DNA from: a virus
Lineage: Duplodnaviria; Caudoviricetes
DNA: 64,000 nt
Strand: one strand, 5' to 3'
IMG/VR virus record: IMGVR_UViG_3300036783_000183
Coordinates: 1 to 64,000 of that record
The notes beneath the pieces are model-generated. The model saw nothing but the letters and a program-made list of their open reading frames with translations, ran no database searches and was not told the DNA's origin. Each line of letters begins with the position of its first letter. The stretch's first letter is position 1. This document shows positions 38,804 through 48,656 of the stretch, piece after piece. A program made the position numbers and the translations under genes.

Positions 38804-41800
38804 GAGAAGCCCCCGCGTCAGCCGTGGTCATGCCCTGGGCAAGTGCCTGCGGGTGGCCGTCGCCCGGCCCGTAGATCACCTGCTTGAGCTTGCCGACCAG
38901 GGCGCCGCTGGCCTGGTCGAGGGCCTTCTCCAGGACGTTGCCGGTGCCCTGCCAGCCCATCCCGCCGGGGCCGAACGACTCGGCCCGGCCCTCGTGGATG
39001 TAGCGCCAGATCCGGCTGGCCTCCTGCCGGCGGAACGGCTCGGGCAGCCGCAGGATGGCGCGCACCTCGGCGATCAGCGCGCGGGCCTGCTGCATCAGCG
39101 CCGGGCCCTGCGGGAACTGCTCAGCCGACCACTGCGGCAGGTCCGGCGGCTCGACCGTCCAGGTGTCGTCGGACAGGTTGTAGGCGGCGTACGGCTTGAT
39201 GGCGCGGATGTCAGCGGTGTGGATGACGTAGCCGGTCAGGTCGTAAGTGCCGTCCGGGTCGAACGGCGGGTGCCAGCCGGGGGCGTTGAACCGCTCGCGC
39301 AGGACGGTGTTGAGCCGGTGCTCCAGCTCCTCATCCGTCATCTTGTCCAGGCCGGGGTGCGCCAGCCGGGCGTGACTGTGCGAGATGCCGACCAGGACAT
39401 CCAGGTCGCCGTTGCCGGTCAGGTCCGGGCTGGTCCACCGCGAGGCCTGCGAGCCGGCCAGCCAGGCCGTGGTGACCAGGTGCCAGTCCGGGCCCAGCGC
39501 GTTGCCCAGGACGGTGCCCAGGCGGCTCATCAGCTCGTCCCGGACGGCCGGGCGGAGCTTCTCGTACTCGTCGAACAGCCGGTGGTCCAGGCCGTAGGTC
39601 GGGCCGAAGATGCGCTCGGTGGGCGTGAAGACGGCCGTGCGGGAGCCCTCCTCCCTGCGCTGGCGGCAGGCGTCCGCGTCGGCGCACTCCATCGCCAGGC
39701 CCATCACGGGGGCGTACGGGCTGGCGCGCGTGAACTCCGATTTACCCGCCCGCACGCCGCACTTCCAGCACTCCTCCTGATCCGGCTGGAGCGGCTTGCG
39801 CCGGGCCCTGGCGCCCGTGCGAGGCGGCTGCTCGGGCTCGTGGTCCTCGCCGGCCAGGTGGTGCTGGGTGATCTGGATCTGGCCCGGGTCGAACGCGATG
39901 GCCGACCGGTTGCCGAGCTTGCCGTACCGGGACTTCTCGTACTCGTTGCCGTAGGTGACGCCATCGTGGCCCTGGGCCTGCAGCCGCTTCTTGAACCGGT
40001 CGGCGATGTCCCACTTGTCCGGGTGGGTGTTCAGCCAGACGGTGCGCATCGGGTGGCCCGCGAACGGGGTATGGAAATGCCCGTAGGTACTGGCCGGGAT
40101 CTTGTCGTGGCCGTAGTCCTGCGCGATCCGGTGCGCATGCGGCCACATCTCCTCGACCTCGTACCGCTCGTCGTCCTCGTCGCCCTCGTCATCGTCGCTA
40201 TAGTGCTTGCCGAGGCCGGAGATGTGACTGTCAGGGTGGTTCCCGGCCGCGTGCTCGTGCTCGTAGGCCTCGTGGTCCATGTCGTGCTCGGAGTCGTAGT
40301 GCTTGGGGTTCTTCAGCCCCAGCCGGGCGTGCACGACGCCCTCGGGCGGCTCTTCGTCGTCCCAGCCGTGGCGCTCGCTGGCGCCGGAGGAGTGCTCGCC
40401 CCGGGCGAACTCCTCGGCGATGTCGTGGTCGGCGGTGAAGTGCGTGCCGAGCAGCGCGTTCCAGTGGCCGCCCTCCTCGGACTCGGGCATCTCGTAGGCA
40501 CCCGGGTGCACGTCGGCCGGATGGTAGAAGCCCTTGCCCAGCTCCTCGTGAGACGCCTGCGTGCCGTGAAACCACTCGCTCCCGCCCGTGTGCGGGTTCT
40601 GCAGGCCCGGCATCGGCAGGACGGCCTCGTGCTGATTCCACTCGTCCCTGTTGGTCCAATGACCGGGGTCATCGGGACCTCTGCCGAGGTGGTCAGGGTC
40701 GTCCGGGTCCATCCAGCCCTCGTGCTGGCGGGTGGGGACCTCGCTGAGACCCGCCCGCTCGGCCGCCAGCAGCCGCGTGTGGCCGTTCATGACGCGCGGC
40801 GGGCTGGACTCGTAGTCGACCGGGATGGGCCGCTTCACGCCGTTCTGACGTACATCATCGACGAACGCGCGGACCGTGGGGTGCTCCCAGACGATGTTGT
40901 GACGGACCTCATCCCAGGTACCGAAGTCGGTCGGGGCGTAGTGATCGAGCATGTGCCGGACGGAATCGGTGCGCTCGGCCGCCGGAATGGCAGTGGCCGT
41001 GCGTTCGCGCTCCGCGCGCTCGGCGCGCCGCTTCTCGCGCCGCTCGCGGTTCTGCGCCTCGTACGCCGAGTACATCTCCTCCGGCTCATGCTCATGGCAC
41101 ATCGCGTCGGTCCGGCCGCCGCGCGGGCCCTTGCCCCGGTGGTTCTTCCCGCCGCTGAAATGGACCAGGCCGCGATTCACCCGGGGGCCCGTGTACGACC
41201 ACTCGTCCAGGGAGTTGCCCTCGTTGCGCAGGTGCTCGGCGCGGGCCTGGAACTTGACCACCGGGTAATCGTCGTCGGAGTTGGTGCTCGTGCGCCCCTC
41301 GGAGCGGGCATACCGGGCCGAGGTCGATACCCAGTCGCCCGTGTTGATCTCGCGGTGCGGCGAGGGCAGCGCCCGGTAGGCCCAGACCTTCCGGGAGGGC
41401 CAGTCCCGGGACCGGTGCACCTTGTCCATGGACTCCTCGGTGGCGCCCAGCTGGTACTCCCACGGGCGCTCGCGGAAATCGGTCGGCCAGATCTTGCCCG
41501 AGCCGATCTCGTGCAGCCCCTCGCCCTCGCCGGGGTCCGGTCCCTCGTGCTGCATCCGGTACTCGTCCGGGTTGGTGGCCATCCGGAACCAGGGCACGGA
41601 GCCAACGTGGGCCGACCCGATGCGCCGGAACACGGCGGTATGAACCTGGCCGCCGTGCAGCTGCTCGTAGTGGTGCACCTCCAGGGCGTCCCCGGTGCCG
41701 GTGCGCCACTCCCGCATGCCGCCCAGGGGATAGCCCTGGGCCCCGGGCCGGGGCCGGACGTGCAGCAGCGCGAACCTCGACGGGTCCTTGGCCGCGAAGG

Positions 41801-44800
41801 CCCTGGTGTCGGTGGCGAAGAACATCGGGTCCTCGGCGCCGCCGGCGTGCTCCCGGTGCGCCGCGAAGTGCTTGTAGAAGTCGGCCGCGTTCTCCCGGCG
41901 CTGGTCCGGGTCCATCTCCTTCTCCCACCAGGCGTGCATCTTCTGCGGCGGCTTGTGCCCGCTCATCCAGCCCTCGTCGTCACGGGCCGGGCGCCAGCCG
42001 GGGCCCCGGGCCTTGTCGATCATCTCCTGGCTGGAGCCCATCGTGTTGTCGCGCTGGACGGCGTGGATCGTGTTGTGCAGCCCCCGGGGCAGCTCGTCGC
42101 CGTCCTTCCACTTGCTGTCCCAGTAATGCGCGATGTCCTCGTGGAACGGGCGGCTGGCGCCCTTGCCCGCCTTCGCGTCCTCCCACATCTGCCTCGGGGT
42201 GTACTTGCCGTTGACCACGCCGTGGAACTCGTGCAGGGAGCGCAGGATGCCCCGGCCCAGCTGGTGGTCCGTGGTGACGGAGATGGTGTCGTCCTCACCG
42301 CCGCCCAGGCCGTGCCCGCCGCGTATCTGGCTCAGCTCCTCGCGGGTCTTCAACCCGTGCTCGCGCACCGAGGGCAGGTCAGTGGTGGCGTGGTACATCT
42401 CGCGCGGCAGCGGCTGCCAGGTGGAGTGGCCGTAGTTGTCGGTAGCGTGGCCGCTGGCGTAGTAGCCGTGCGCCTTGGCCTGCTCCCCGGTCAGGTGGCC
42501 GAGGGACAGGCCGCGCTGGATGTGCGCCTTCCACCGCCGGCGCGTCTCGAACATGCGCTCGTTGTGCGCGTCCCGCTTCTCGTCCGGCCAGTCCCGGGGC
42601 GCGAATTTGTACTCGGGCTCAGGGCCGTACTCGGGGTGCTCTGCCAGCACGGCCTGGTGCTGCTGCCCCCATTCATGGCCGCAGTTCTCGCAGCCTGTCT
42701 CGCCCTTTGAGACAAGGTGCCCGCATTCCGGGCACTCCCTGGTCTCGCTGCACGGCTTGTAGGCGCCGTGGGTGCTGGTGATGCGGGCCTGGTCCGGGTG
42801 GAAGATGATGGCGCACCTGTGGCCGATCGGCTGCTCGTACTCGTTCCCGTAGGTGATCCCGTCGTGGCCCTGCGACTGCAGGTGGCGCCGGAAGCCCTCG
42901 GCGATCTGCTGGCTCTGCGGGTGCTGCTGCAGGGCGTCGGACTCGCCGTTCTCGTGGTAGCTGATCAGGCCCCTGTAGCCGTGGCCGCGCGCCCACTGGA
43001 AGCCTTCGCGCGCCAGGTCGTGCTCGGAGGCATAGTCCTTCGGGTGCTGCATGCGGACATCGACGTGGTAGACGTGACCGTCGCCATGGGCGCGGGCCGC
43101 CTCGGCCGCCATCGGGTGCTCGCTGGTGAAGTGGGAGCCCAGCCGCGAGTTCCACCAGCGGGTCTCGGGCGATTCCTCGCCGATGCTGCGGGCGTACTCC
43201 TCCTCGTCCTGGTGCTTCAGGCTCCGCTTGCTGAAGTCGAAGCGCTCGAACGGCTCGGGGTTGTCGCTGCCGTGGTACATGTCCGCAGCGGTGTGCGCGC
43301 CGCCAGGCCCCCAGGCGTACATGCGCAGGGTGACAGCCGCCTGCTTCCTGCTGGATTCTTCCGTCAGGCGCCGGGGAGTCCACGTCCCGGAGCGCACCGC
43401 CATCGCGTCCCAGCCCAGCTCGTGGGCGACCAGAACCCGGCGGTGCCCGTCATCCAGACGGCCCCGGTTGACCACCAGGTCCCCGGGCTGTATGCCCAGG
43501 CCCATCCGGCGGCGCAGCTCATCGCCGCCGTCCTCGTCGTTGTCCAGCTTCTCGCGGATGTCGTCCAGGTGGTCCCCGACCCGGCCGCCGTAATCACCCG
43601 AGCGCAAGTTCAGGATGTCCTCCAGCGGCATGCGGCGGTAGCCGGCAGCCTGCTTCTGGTGGCCGCAGCAGGCCACAGGAGGGCCCCAGTAGCCCTGCTC
43701 GCGGTAGCCGCCCGACCCGGCGTCCCGGACGTGCCTCGCTGGCACCAGGGCGTGGTGCACCACGTACCGGGCCTGGGGGTCGTCACTGCCGGACTCGGCG
43801 TAGGCGTGCTTGAGCGCGTAGGCCCGGGAGAGAGTCACCCAGTCGCCCGTATTGATCTCGTGCGGGGCCGAATGATGGGTGGCCCGGTAGATGCGCACCG
43901 GGGTATCCGGCTTGCCCCGCACCTTGCGCATCTGGGCGATTGCCTCGGCATCATCGCGGACGCCTTCGGTCGGCGAGTCGGTGTAGTACTGCCGGTGCGT
44001 CAGGTAGTCCCCGGGCAGGTACGAAGTCTGGTCGAAGTCGGCGTCCGGGGCGTCACCGGCCAGGTCGTGGATCGGGGCACCATGCTGCATCGGCCGGTGG
44101 CCGATGCCGTAGTCCTCGACCCCGGCCTCGTGCTCCATCGGCGGCGGCTTCCACATGTAGCTCTCCGGCAGGAACTCCGAGGGCCGCAACGCCGCCGGGA
44201 TGTGCCTGCTGTGCCGCTCGTAGATCTCCGGGCCCTTCGACGGGCCGGGCAGCTTGTACTTGCGCCGGGCCGGGATCCAGCTGTGCCGGTGGCCGGTGAC
44301 CGGCACCGCCTCGTGCCCGGCCTGCGCCGCCCAGGCCAGGCGGCTGTTGCCCTCGGTGACGTAGGCGTAATTGGACTTCGGATCCCAGGTCAGGTGGATC
44401 GGCTCGCGGATGCCGTGCGCCGCGACATCGCCGGCCATGTCGTCCCACTCCTGCGGGGTATGCCGGGGAGCCATTTCCTGGCCTTCGGGGCTGCGCGACC
44501 AGCCGGGGCCGTGATGCCACTCGCGGTGCTTCATCAGCGCGTCGGTGCGCACCCACTCCACCGGGCGCTCCGGGTCGTGCAGGTGGCTGAGGTCGCCGCC
44601 GGGCAGCACGGCCTGGCGCCAGTGGCGGCGCTTCGGCGGGTTCGGCTGATCGTTCTCGCGCCCGGGGCACCACGGCATAGCCGCGTCGTCGCCCCGGTGC
44701 ATCGCGCCGGAGCCGTCGCAGCGGTCGCACTCGCTGCGGTCCTCGTGCTCGCCCGTGGCGCGGCAGCAGCTGCAGGGCTCCTCGCCCCGGCCCGGCCGGG

Positions 44801-44831
44801 CAGCGGCGAAGTGCTCCAGGATGTCAGCCAC
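38796..44831 (-). CDS. Giant polyvalent protein (2011 aa): 3 ParB-like, about 5 ART-like, C-terminal Pol-beta-type nucleotidyltransferase
   Basis: EGNSR, DDGHRR, NGHTR ParB motifs; INTGDWV x2; MYHGS/WFHGT..GHDG.TYGNEYE x2; LAGSQAS..GDLDVLV. Confidence 0.85.
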   Translation of the reverse strand: MADILEHFAAARPGRGEEPCSCCRATGEHEDRSECDRCDGSGAMHRGDDAAMPWCPGRENDQPNPPKRRHWRQAVLPGGDLSHLHDPERPVEWVRTDALMKHREWHHGPGWSRSPEGQEMAPRHTPQEWDDMAGDVAAHGIREPIHLTWDPKSNYAYVTEGNSRLAWAAQAGHEAVPVTGHRHSWIPARRKYKLPGPSKGPEIYERHSRHIPAALRPSEFLPESYMWKPPPMEHEAGVEDYGIGHRPMQHGAPIHDLAGDAPDADFDQTSYLPGDYLTHRQYYTDSPTEGVRDDAEAIAQMRKVRGKPDTPVRIYRATHHSAPHEINTGDWVTLSRAYALKHAYAESGSDDPQARYVVHHALVPARHVRDAGSGGYREQGYWGPPVACCGHQKQAAGYRRMPLEDILNLRSGDYGGRVGDHLDDIREKLDNDEDGGDELRRRMGLGIQPGDLVVNRGRLDDGHRRVLVAHELGWDAMAVRSGTWTPRRLTEESSRKQAAVTLRMYAWGPGGAHTAADMYHGSDNPEPFERFDFSKRSLKHQDEEEYARSIGEESPETRWWNSRLGSHFTSEHPMAAEAARAHGDGHVYHVDVRMQHPKDYASEHDLAREGFQWARGHGYRGLISYHENGESDALQQHPQSQQIAEGFRRHLQSQGHDGITYGNEYEQPIGHRCAIIFHPDQARITSTHGAYKPCSETRECPECGHLVSKGETGCENCGHEWGQQHQAVLAEHPEYGPEPEYKFAPRDWPDEKRDAHNERMFETRRRWKAHIQRGLSLGHLTGEQAKAHGYYASGHATDNYGHSTWQPLPREMYHATTDLPSVREHGLKTREELSQIRGGHGLGGGEDDTISVTTDHQLGRGILRSLHEFHGVVNGKYTPRQMWEDAKAGKGASRPFHEDIAHYWDSKWKDGDELPRGLHNTIHAVQRDNTMGSSQEMIDKARGPGWRPARDDEGWMSGHKPPQKMHAWWEKEMDPDQRRENAADFYKHFAAHREHAGGAEDPMFFATDTRAFAAKDPSRFALLHVRPRPGAQGYPLGGMREWRTGTGDALEVHHYEQLHGGQVHTAVFRRIGSAHVGSVPWFRMATNPDEYRMQHEGPDPGEGEGLHEIGSGKIWPTDFRERPWEYQLGATEESMDKVHRSRDWPSRKVWAYRALPSPHREINTGDWVSTSARYARSEGRTSTNSDDDYPVVKFQARAEHLRNEGNSLDEWSYTGPRVNRGLVHFSGGKNHRGKGPRGGRTDAMCHEHEPEEMYSAYEAQNRERREKRRAERAERERTATAIPAAERTDSVRHMLDHYAPTDFGTWDEVRHNIVWEHPTVRAFVDDVRQNGVKRPIPVDYESSPPRVMNGHTRLLAAERAGLSEVPTRQHEGWMDPDDPDHLGRGPDDPGHWTNRDEWNQHEAVLPMPGLQNPHTGGSEWFHGTQASHEELGKGFYHPADVHPGAYEMPESEEGGHWNALLGTHFTADHDIAEEFARGEHSSGASERHGWDDEEPPEGVVHARLGLKNPKHYDSEHDMDHEAYEHEHAAGNHPDSHISGLGKHYSDDDEGDEDDERYEVEEMWPHAHRIAQDYGHDKIPASTYGHFHTPFAGHPMRTVWLNTHPDKWDIADRFKKRLQAQGHDGVTYGNEYEKSRYGKLGNRSAIAFDPGQIQITQHHLAGEDHEPEQPPRTGARARRKPLQPDQEECWKCGVRAGKSEFTRASPYAPVMGLAMECADADACRQRREEGSRTAVFTPTERIFGPTYGLDHRLFDEYEKLRPAVRDELMSRLGTVLGNALGPDWHLVTTAWLAGSQASRWTSPDLTGNGDLDVLVGISHSHARLAHPGLDKMTDEELEHRLNTVLRERFNAPGWHPPFDPDGTYDLTGYVIHTADIRAIKPYAAYNLSDDTWTVEPPDLPQWSAEQFPQGPALMQQARALIAEVRAILRLPEPFRRQEASRIWRYIHEGRAESFGPGGMGWQGTGNVLEKALDQASGALVGKLKQVIYGPGDGHPQALAQGMTTADAGASHA

Positions 44832-44876
44832 GGCAGCCTCCTCAAGGCTTCCGGGCGGAGCGCTCAGAGCCTGGTG

Positions 44877-45083
44877 CTACTGGCCGACAGCGGCAGGCAG
44901 CACGTCGGGATCAGCGGACTGGAACCGGGTCATCGGGACCTGGGAGGCAGTGTCGGCCACGAAGCCGGGGCACGGTGTCTCGTTCGGTCCCGCGTGGCAT
45001 CCGCGAGCCTTGCAGGAGCTGGTCCCGTTCTTGTGCAGCGGACGCGGATGCCTGCAGTTCACGCAGATGACTCGGCCTGGCAT
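44877..45083 (-). CDS. Small Cys-rich protein
   Basis: CVNCRH..H..C..C..CPGF. Confidence 0.5.
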   Translation of the reverse strand: MPGRVICVNCRHPRPLHKNGTSSCKARGCHAGPNETPCPGFVADTASQVPMTRFQSADPDVLPAAVGQ

Positions 45084-45197
45084 GGTCACCCTCCTCTCAC
45101 GGGATAGATCTGTACCGGTCGATTGAATACAATTCATGGATTCCCTATTAATCTTAGCATCAACCCAGCTCGGGCTATTCCTTACCGGACCGTGATG

Positions 45198-47321
45198 CTA
45201 CGAGCGCCCCCGGCGCATCGAGCGCCCCCGGGGCATCATCTGTGACTGCTGGCGGCTGCCGGGGAACCGGATCCGGGCCGCGCCGGGGTGCAGCCCGCGC
45301 GACATCGCCTGGCCGCCTAGGGAACCTGCGTAGGGGTTCGGCATCACGTTCATCGGGTCGAACCGGGACATCGGGTCGGTCTGCGCCGGGTGCATCGAGC
45401 CGGCCGGGCGCTGGCTGCCCAGGGCCTGGCCGATGAACACGGCCATCTGCTCGCCGAGCAGCTCGGCGGTGACGATCGCGATGCAGTCGGCGATGTCCTT
45501 GGTGGTCACCGGGCCCGAGTCCGGCGGCAGCACCTTGGCCTGGCCCTCGGGCTTGCGCACGAACTTCAGCTCGTCGCTGGCCTCGGGGTGCACCGGGGCG
45601 TGCACGAAGCCCATGTTCAGCGCGGCCTTGAACGTCTCGTACGTGGCCCAGTTCAGCGGCCCGGTGGCGGGCCGCTCGTAGACCTGCACCCGCTTGGGCA
45701 GCCGGCCGAGGCGGACCATCTTCTGCAGCCGCTTGACCGTGGCGGGCACGTTGAACTGGTCGAAGGTCAGCTCCTCGGGGCAGAACGGGTGCACCACCCG
45801 GGCGTAGATCCAGTCGATCACCTCGTCGTAGTCGATGAAGTGGTCCTCGTAATCAGCCGGATCCCAGTAGTGGATCAGGTCGAAGACCGCGTGCAGCATC
45901 CCGTCCGGGCCGGGCTCGGTGTGCGCCATGGCGAAGCCGAACCGGGCGTTGACATCGGACGGGTCGCCGTGCGCCCGGTAGGCGATCGTCAGCGGGCCGC
46001 GCGCCTGCATGGTCAGCTCCGGGCGGCCGAGCGCCTCGGGCCGCTCCAGCCACGGCCGGAACATGTCGTCGACCTTGCCCGGGTGCAGGTAGGCGTCCAT
46101 CGCGGTCGCCCAGTAGGACCGGCGCTCGACGGCGAACGTGTCCGGGTTGGCGCGCTCCTCCCGGGCCATCTCGTCGTCGTAGACCTGGATGGCGCCCTTC
46201 AGCGGCTGCAGCCGGGGCGCCGGGACGGCGATGTACTCGCCCAGGTCGCCGGCGAAGCCCTCGGGGAACAGCGGCAGCTCGGACGCGGCCTCCCAGTCCT
46301 TGTACGGATCCCAGCTGGCCAGCTGGATCATCAGCTTGTTCGGGTAGATGCCGAACATCTCGCCGGAGTCGTCGGCCTCGCGCTCCAGCGCGTTCTCCCA
46401 CAGCTCGTAGAACTTGCCGGTCATCTCCCAGGTCGAGGACGGGATGCAGATGAAGGCGTCGCGGCCGAACTGGTCCAGGGCGGGGCCCGCCGCGCCGTAC
46501 ACGTCGCCGAACTGGCGGGTCGTGCCCGCGTTCTTGACGTGCGCGGCCTCGTCGAAGCCGAGGATGCAGGCGGCCGGGCCCCGGCCGGACAGCAGCGTGG
46601 ACTCGCGCGGGTAGATGCCGAAGCTGGCCATGTCCCGGGTCGAGCGGATGCCGCGCTCGGCCAGCTTGGCCATCCGCTGCTCGTCGTAGGGCGCGAACAC
46701 GGTCAGGTGCTCGGCGCCGGTCTCGGAGATGTACGGGGCGTAGCAGGGCGCGCCGACGATGGCGTTGTGCAGGTCGCCCCACAGGTTGGCCTTGGCCTGG
46801 TCCTTCTTGCCCGCGAAGATCATCACCGCGAGCTGCTTGTCGCGGTCGACGCCGTAGTAGTCCTGCGGGTTGCCCCGGCACAGGTAGGACCACAGCACGT
46901 AGCTCATGGCGAGGCTGCAGACGTAGCCCTTGGAGCCCCGGCGGCCGACCGCCATCAGGACTTCCTTGAACCACCGGTAGCCGCGCTCCTTGCACCAGGC
47001 GATCCGCTCGTAGATATCGGGCTGGATGCCGTTGGTGTGCGCCTCGAACTTGTTCTCCGGCCCGGCGTTCGGGTTGGTCGCGTGGAACTCGGCGATCCAC
47101 TCCGCGATCACGTCGTGGTCGTAGGCGGTGAACAGGTCGTCGCGCAGGAAGATGATCTTCAGCAGGGTGGCCTGGCGCGGGTACAGGTTGGGCCGGTCCA
47201 GCCACTGCTCGCCGATGACGAAGGTGATGGGGTCCGGCAGGACGGGCCCGTCGACCTCCTCGGCGTAGCCCAGGATCGCGTCGAAGACGGGGACGAGATC
47301 AGTGCTGATGGCCGTGGCCGT
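45198..47321 (-). CDS. terL: Terminase large subunit (true start upstream of the called GTG 47111, probably ACG)
   Basis: LYPRQ adenine-binding motif, Walker A VGRRGSKG, Walker B LGFDEAAH, RNase H-like HGDPS..KDIADC. Confidence 0.85.
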   Translation of the reverse strand, partial: TATAISTDLVPVFDAILGYAEEVDGPVLPDPITFVIGEQWLDRPNLYPRQATLLKIIFLRDDLFTAYDHDVIAEWIAEFHATNPNAGPENKFEAHTNGIQPDIYERIAWCKERGYRWFKEVLMAVGRRGSKGYVCSLAMSYVLWSYLCRGNPQDYYGVDRDKQLAVMIFAGKKDQAKANLWGDLHNAIVGAPCYAPYISETGAEHLTVFAPYDEQRMAKLAERGIRSTRDMASFGIYPRESTLLSGRGPAACILGFDEAAHVKNAGTTRQFGDVYGAAGPALDQFGRDAFICIPSSTWEMTGKFYELWENALEREADDSGEMFGIYPNKLMIQLASWDPYKDWEAASELPLFPEGFAGDLGEYIAVPAPRLQPLKGAIQVYDDEMAREERANPDTFAVERRSYWATAMDAYLHPGKVDDMFRPWLERPEALGRPELTMQARGPLTIAYRAHGDPSDVNARFGFAMAHTEPGPDGMLHAVFDLIHYWDPADYEDHFIDYDEVIDWIYARVVHPFCPEELTFDQFNVPATVKRLQKMVRLGRLPKRVQVYERPATGPLNWATYETFKAALNMGFVHAPVHPEASDELKFVRKPEGQAKVLPPDSGPVTTKDIADCIAIVTAELLGEQMAVFIGQALGSQRPAGSMHPAQTDPMSRFDPMNVMPNPYAGSLGGQAMSRGLHPGAARIRFPGSRQQSQMMPRGRSMRRGRS

Positions 47322-47700
47322 TCCCGCCCTCCCGGAACTGCCGGAAGACGCCGCCGTCGTCGGTCCTGATGACGCCCTCCTGGCCGGGGATGCCCAGGAT
47401 ATTGGCGGTGACCTCGTGCACCTGCCGGTCGTGGTCGAACTCGTGCTTGGGATCGCAGCGGCCCACGACGGTCACCTCGGGCATCGCGGCGCCCTCGATC
47501 ATCACGCCGTCGACCTCGTACCGGTACCAGTTCACGTGCACCACGAAGCCGGCGTCGGCGAACCGGCCGGTGATCTCGCGCTCCACGTCGTCGTAGTTGC
47601 GGGTGGCCTTCTGGTGCCGGTCCCGCAGCGCATCCCAGACCCGCTGGATCGCGTCAACCTCGTGATCGTACAGCTCGATCGGCGGCCTCGGGATCGTCAC
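47299..47700 (-). CDS. Conserved hypothetical protein upstream of TerL
   Basis: GTG after GGAGGAGG; FDHDRQVHEV..ILG motif. Confidence 0.6.
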   Translation of the reverse strand: MTIPRPPIELYDHEVDAIQRVWDALRDRHQKATRNYDDVEREITGRFADAGFVVHVNWYRYEVDGVMIEGAAMPEVTVVGRCDPKHEFDHDRQVHEVTANILGIPGQEGVIRTDDGGVFRQFREGGNGHGHQH

Positions 47701-48301
47701 CGTCTGCGTCCTCCTCCCGGGCTGGCGAAATGGATCGCAATGCTTCCGAGGTCCGCAGGTCGGCCAGGAACGCCGCCCAGTTCGGGCCGAGGTGCTTGCG
47801 GGCGATCCAGAGCAGCTCGCGGACGGCCGCCTGCCACTGCTCGACGCTCCCGGCCGCCGCCTGGGCCTGCTCGTCCTTCGCGAGGTCCCGCTGCAGCCGC
47901 AGCAGCGCGACCGCATCGCGGACCAGGCTGTTGTCGCCGTCCTGCATCGCCTCCCAGGCCCGCTGCATGGTCAGCCGGGCCATGTCCGGCAGCGTCACCT
48001 GGGTCTCGCCCGTCTCGCCCCGGGCGGCCCGGTCGGCCTCCAGGGAGCGCCGGGCGTCGGCGTGCGGCGGCGCCAGGTGATCCACGTGGGCGTCCATCGC
48101 CTGCCCGGTGAGCGCGGCCAGGCCGGGCAGGTGCATGGCCCGCAGGTGGCCCAGGATCCGCTCGTGGCTCCAGGCGTAGGACAGCAGCAGGTCCAGCTGG
48201 AGCATCATCGGGCTGGTGCAGGCCGGGCAGTCCGGGTCGTACGGCTTGTCGTACTCGCGGTTGCCGACGCGGACCCGGACCCGGCGCTGCGGCTCAGTCA
48301 T
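47654..48301 (-). CDS. Candidate terminase small subunit / DNA-binding protein
   Basis: CPACTS..helical; two genes upstream of TerL. Confidence 0.45.
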   Translation of the reverse strand: MTEPQRRVRVRVGNREYDKPYDPDCPACTSPMMLQLDLLLSYAWSHERILGHLRAMHLPGLAALTGQAMDAHVDHLAPPHADARRSLEADRAARGETGETQVTLPDMARLTMQRAWEAMQDGDNSLVRDAVALLRLQRDLAKDEQAQAAAGSVEQWQAAVRELLWIARKHLGPNWAAFLADLRTSEALRSISPAREEDADGDDPEAADRAVRSRG

Positions 48302-48656
48302 CGCCGTAGTCGCCGTCCGCCGAGGCGAAGTCGGGGGAGTCCGGGATCCGCCGCGCGGGGAAGGCGCCGTCGCGGGAGTTCAGGTGGCTGTGCCGGGAGT
48401 TCCAGGCCCGCCGGAACATGCCCTTGCGGACGGCCGGGTCGGCGAAGCCGGTCGAGGTGAGGATCTCGCGCTTGGCGCGGTCCTCCTCCTTCCACGGGGT
48501 CAGGATGTCAGACTTGGCAGAGCGCGAGGTCACGCCCTGCAGCGACAGCCGGATCAGCTCGTCCGCATAGTCCTCCAGCGGCCGGCAGACCCCGTTCCGC
48601 AGCCGCGTCCGCACCTGCGGCAGGGCCATACCCGATGCCAGGCTGTCCTCGGTCAT
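48294..48656 (-). CDS. Hypothetical protein
   Basis: 120 aa; GMFRRAWN motif. Confidence 0.55.
   Translation of the reverse strand: MTEDSLASGMALPQVRTRLRNGVCRPLEDYADELIRLSLQGVTSRSAKSDILTPWKEEDRAKREILTSTGFADPAVRKGMFRRAWNSRHSHLNSRDGAFPARRIPDSPDFASADGDYGDD

Noticed and set aside
26301-45107. Very long + strand ORFs (959, 959, 711, 1361, 796 aa)
   Set aside because: Antisense shadows of the GC3-biased minus-strand giant genes
45090-45200. tRNA or ncRNA in the AT-rich gap after terL
   Set aside because: No cloverleaf or T-loop GTTCRA; more likely a promoter region
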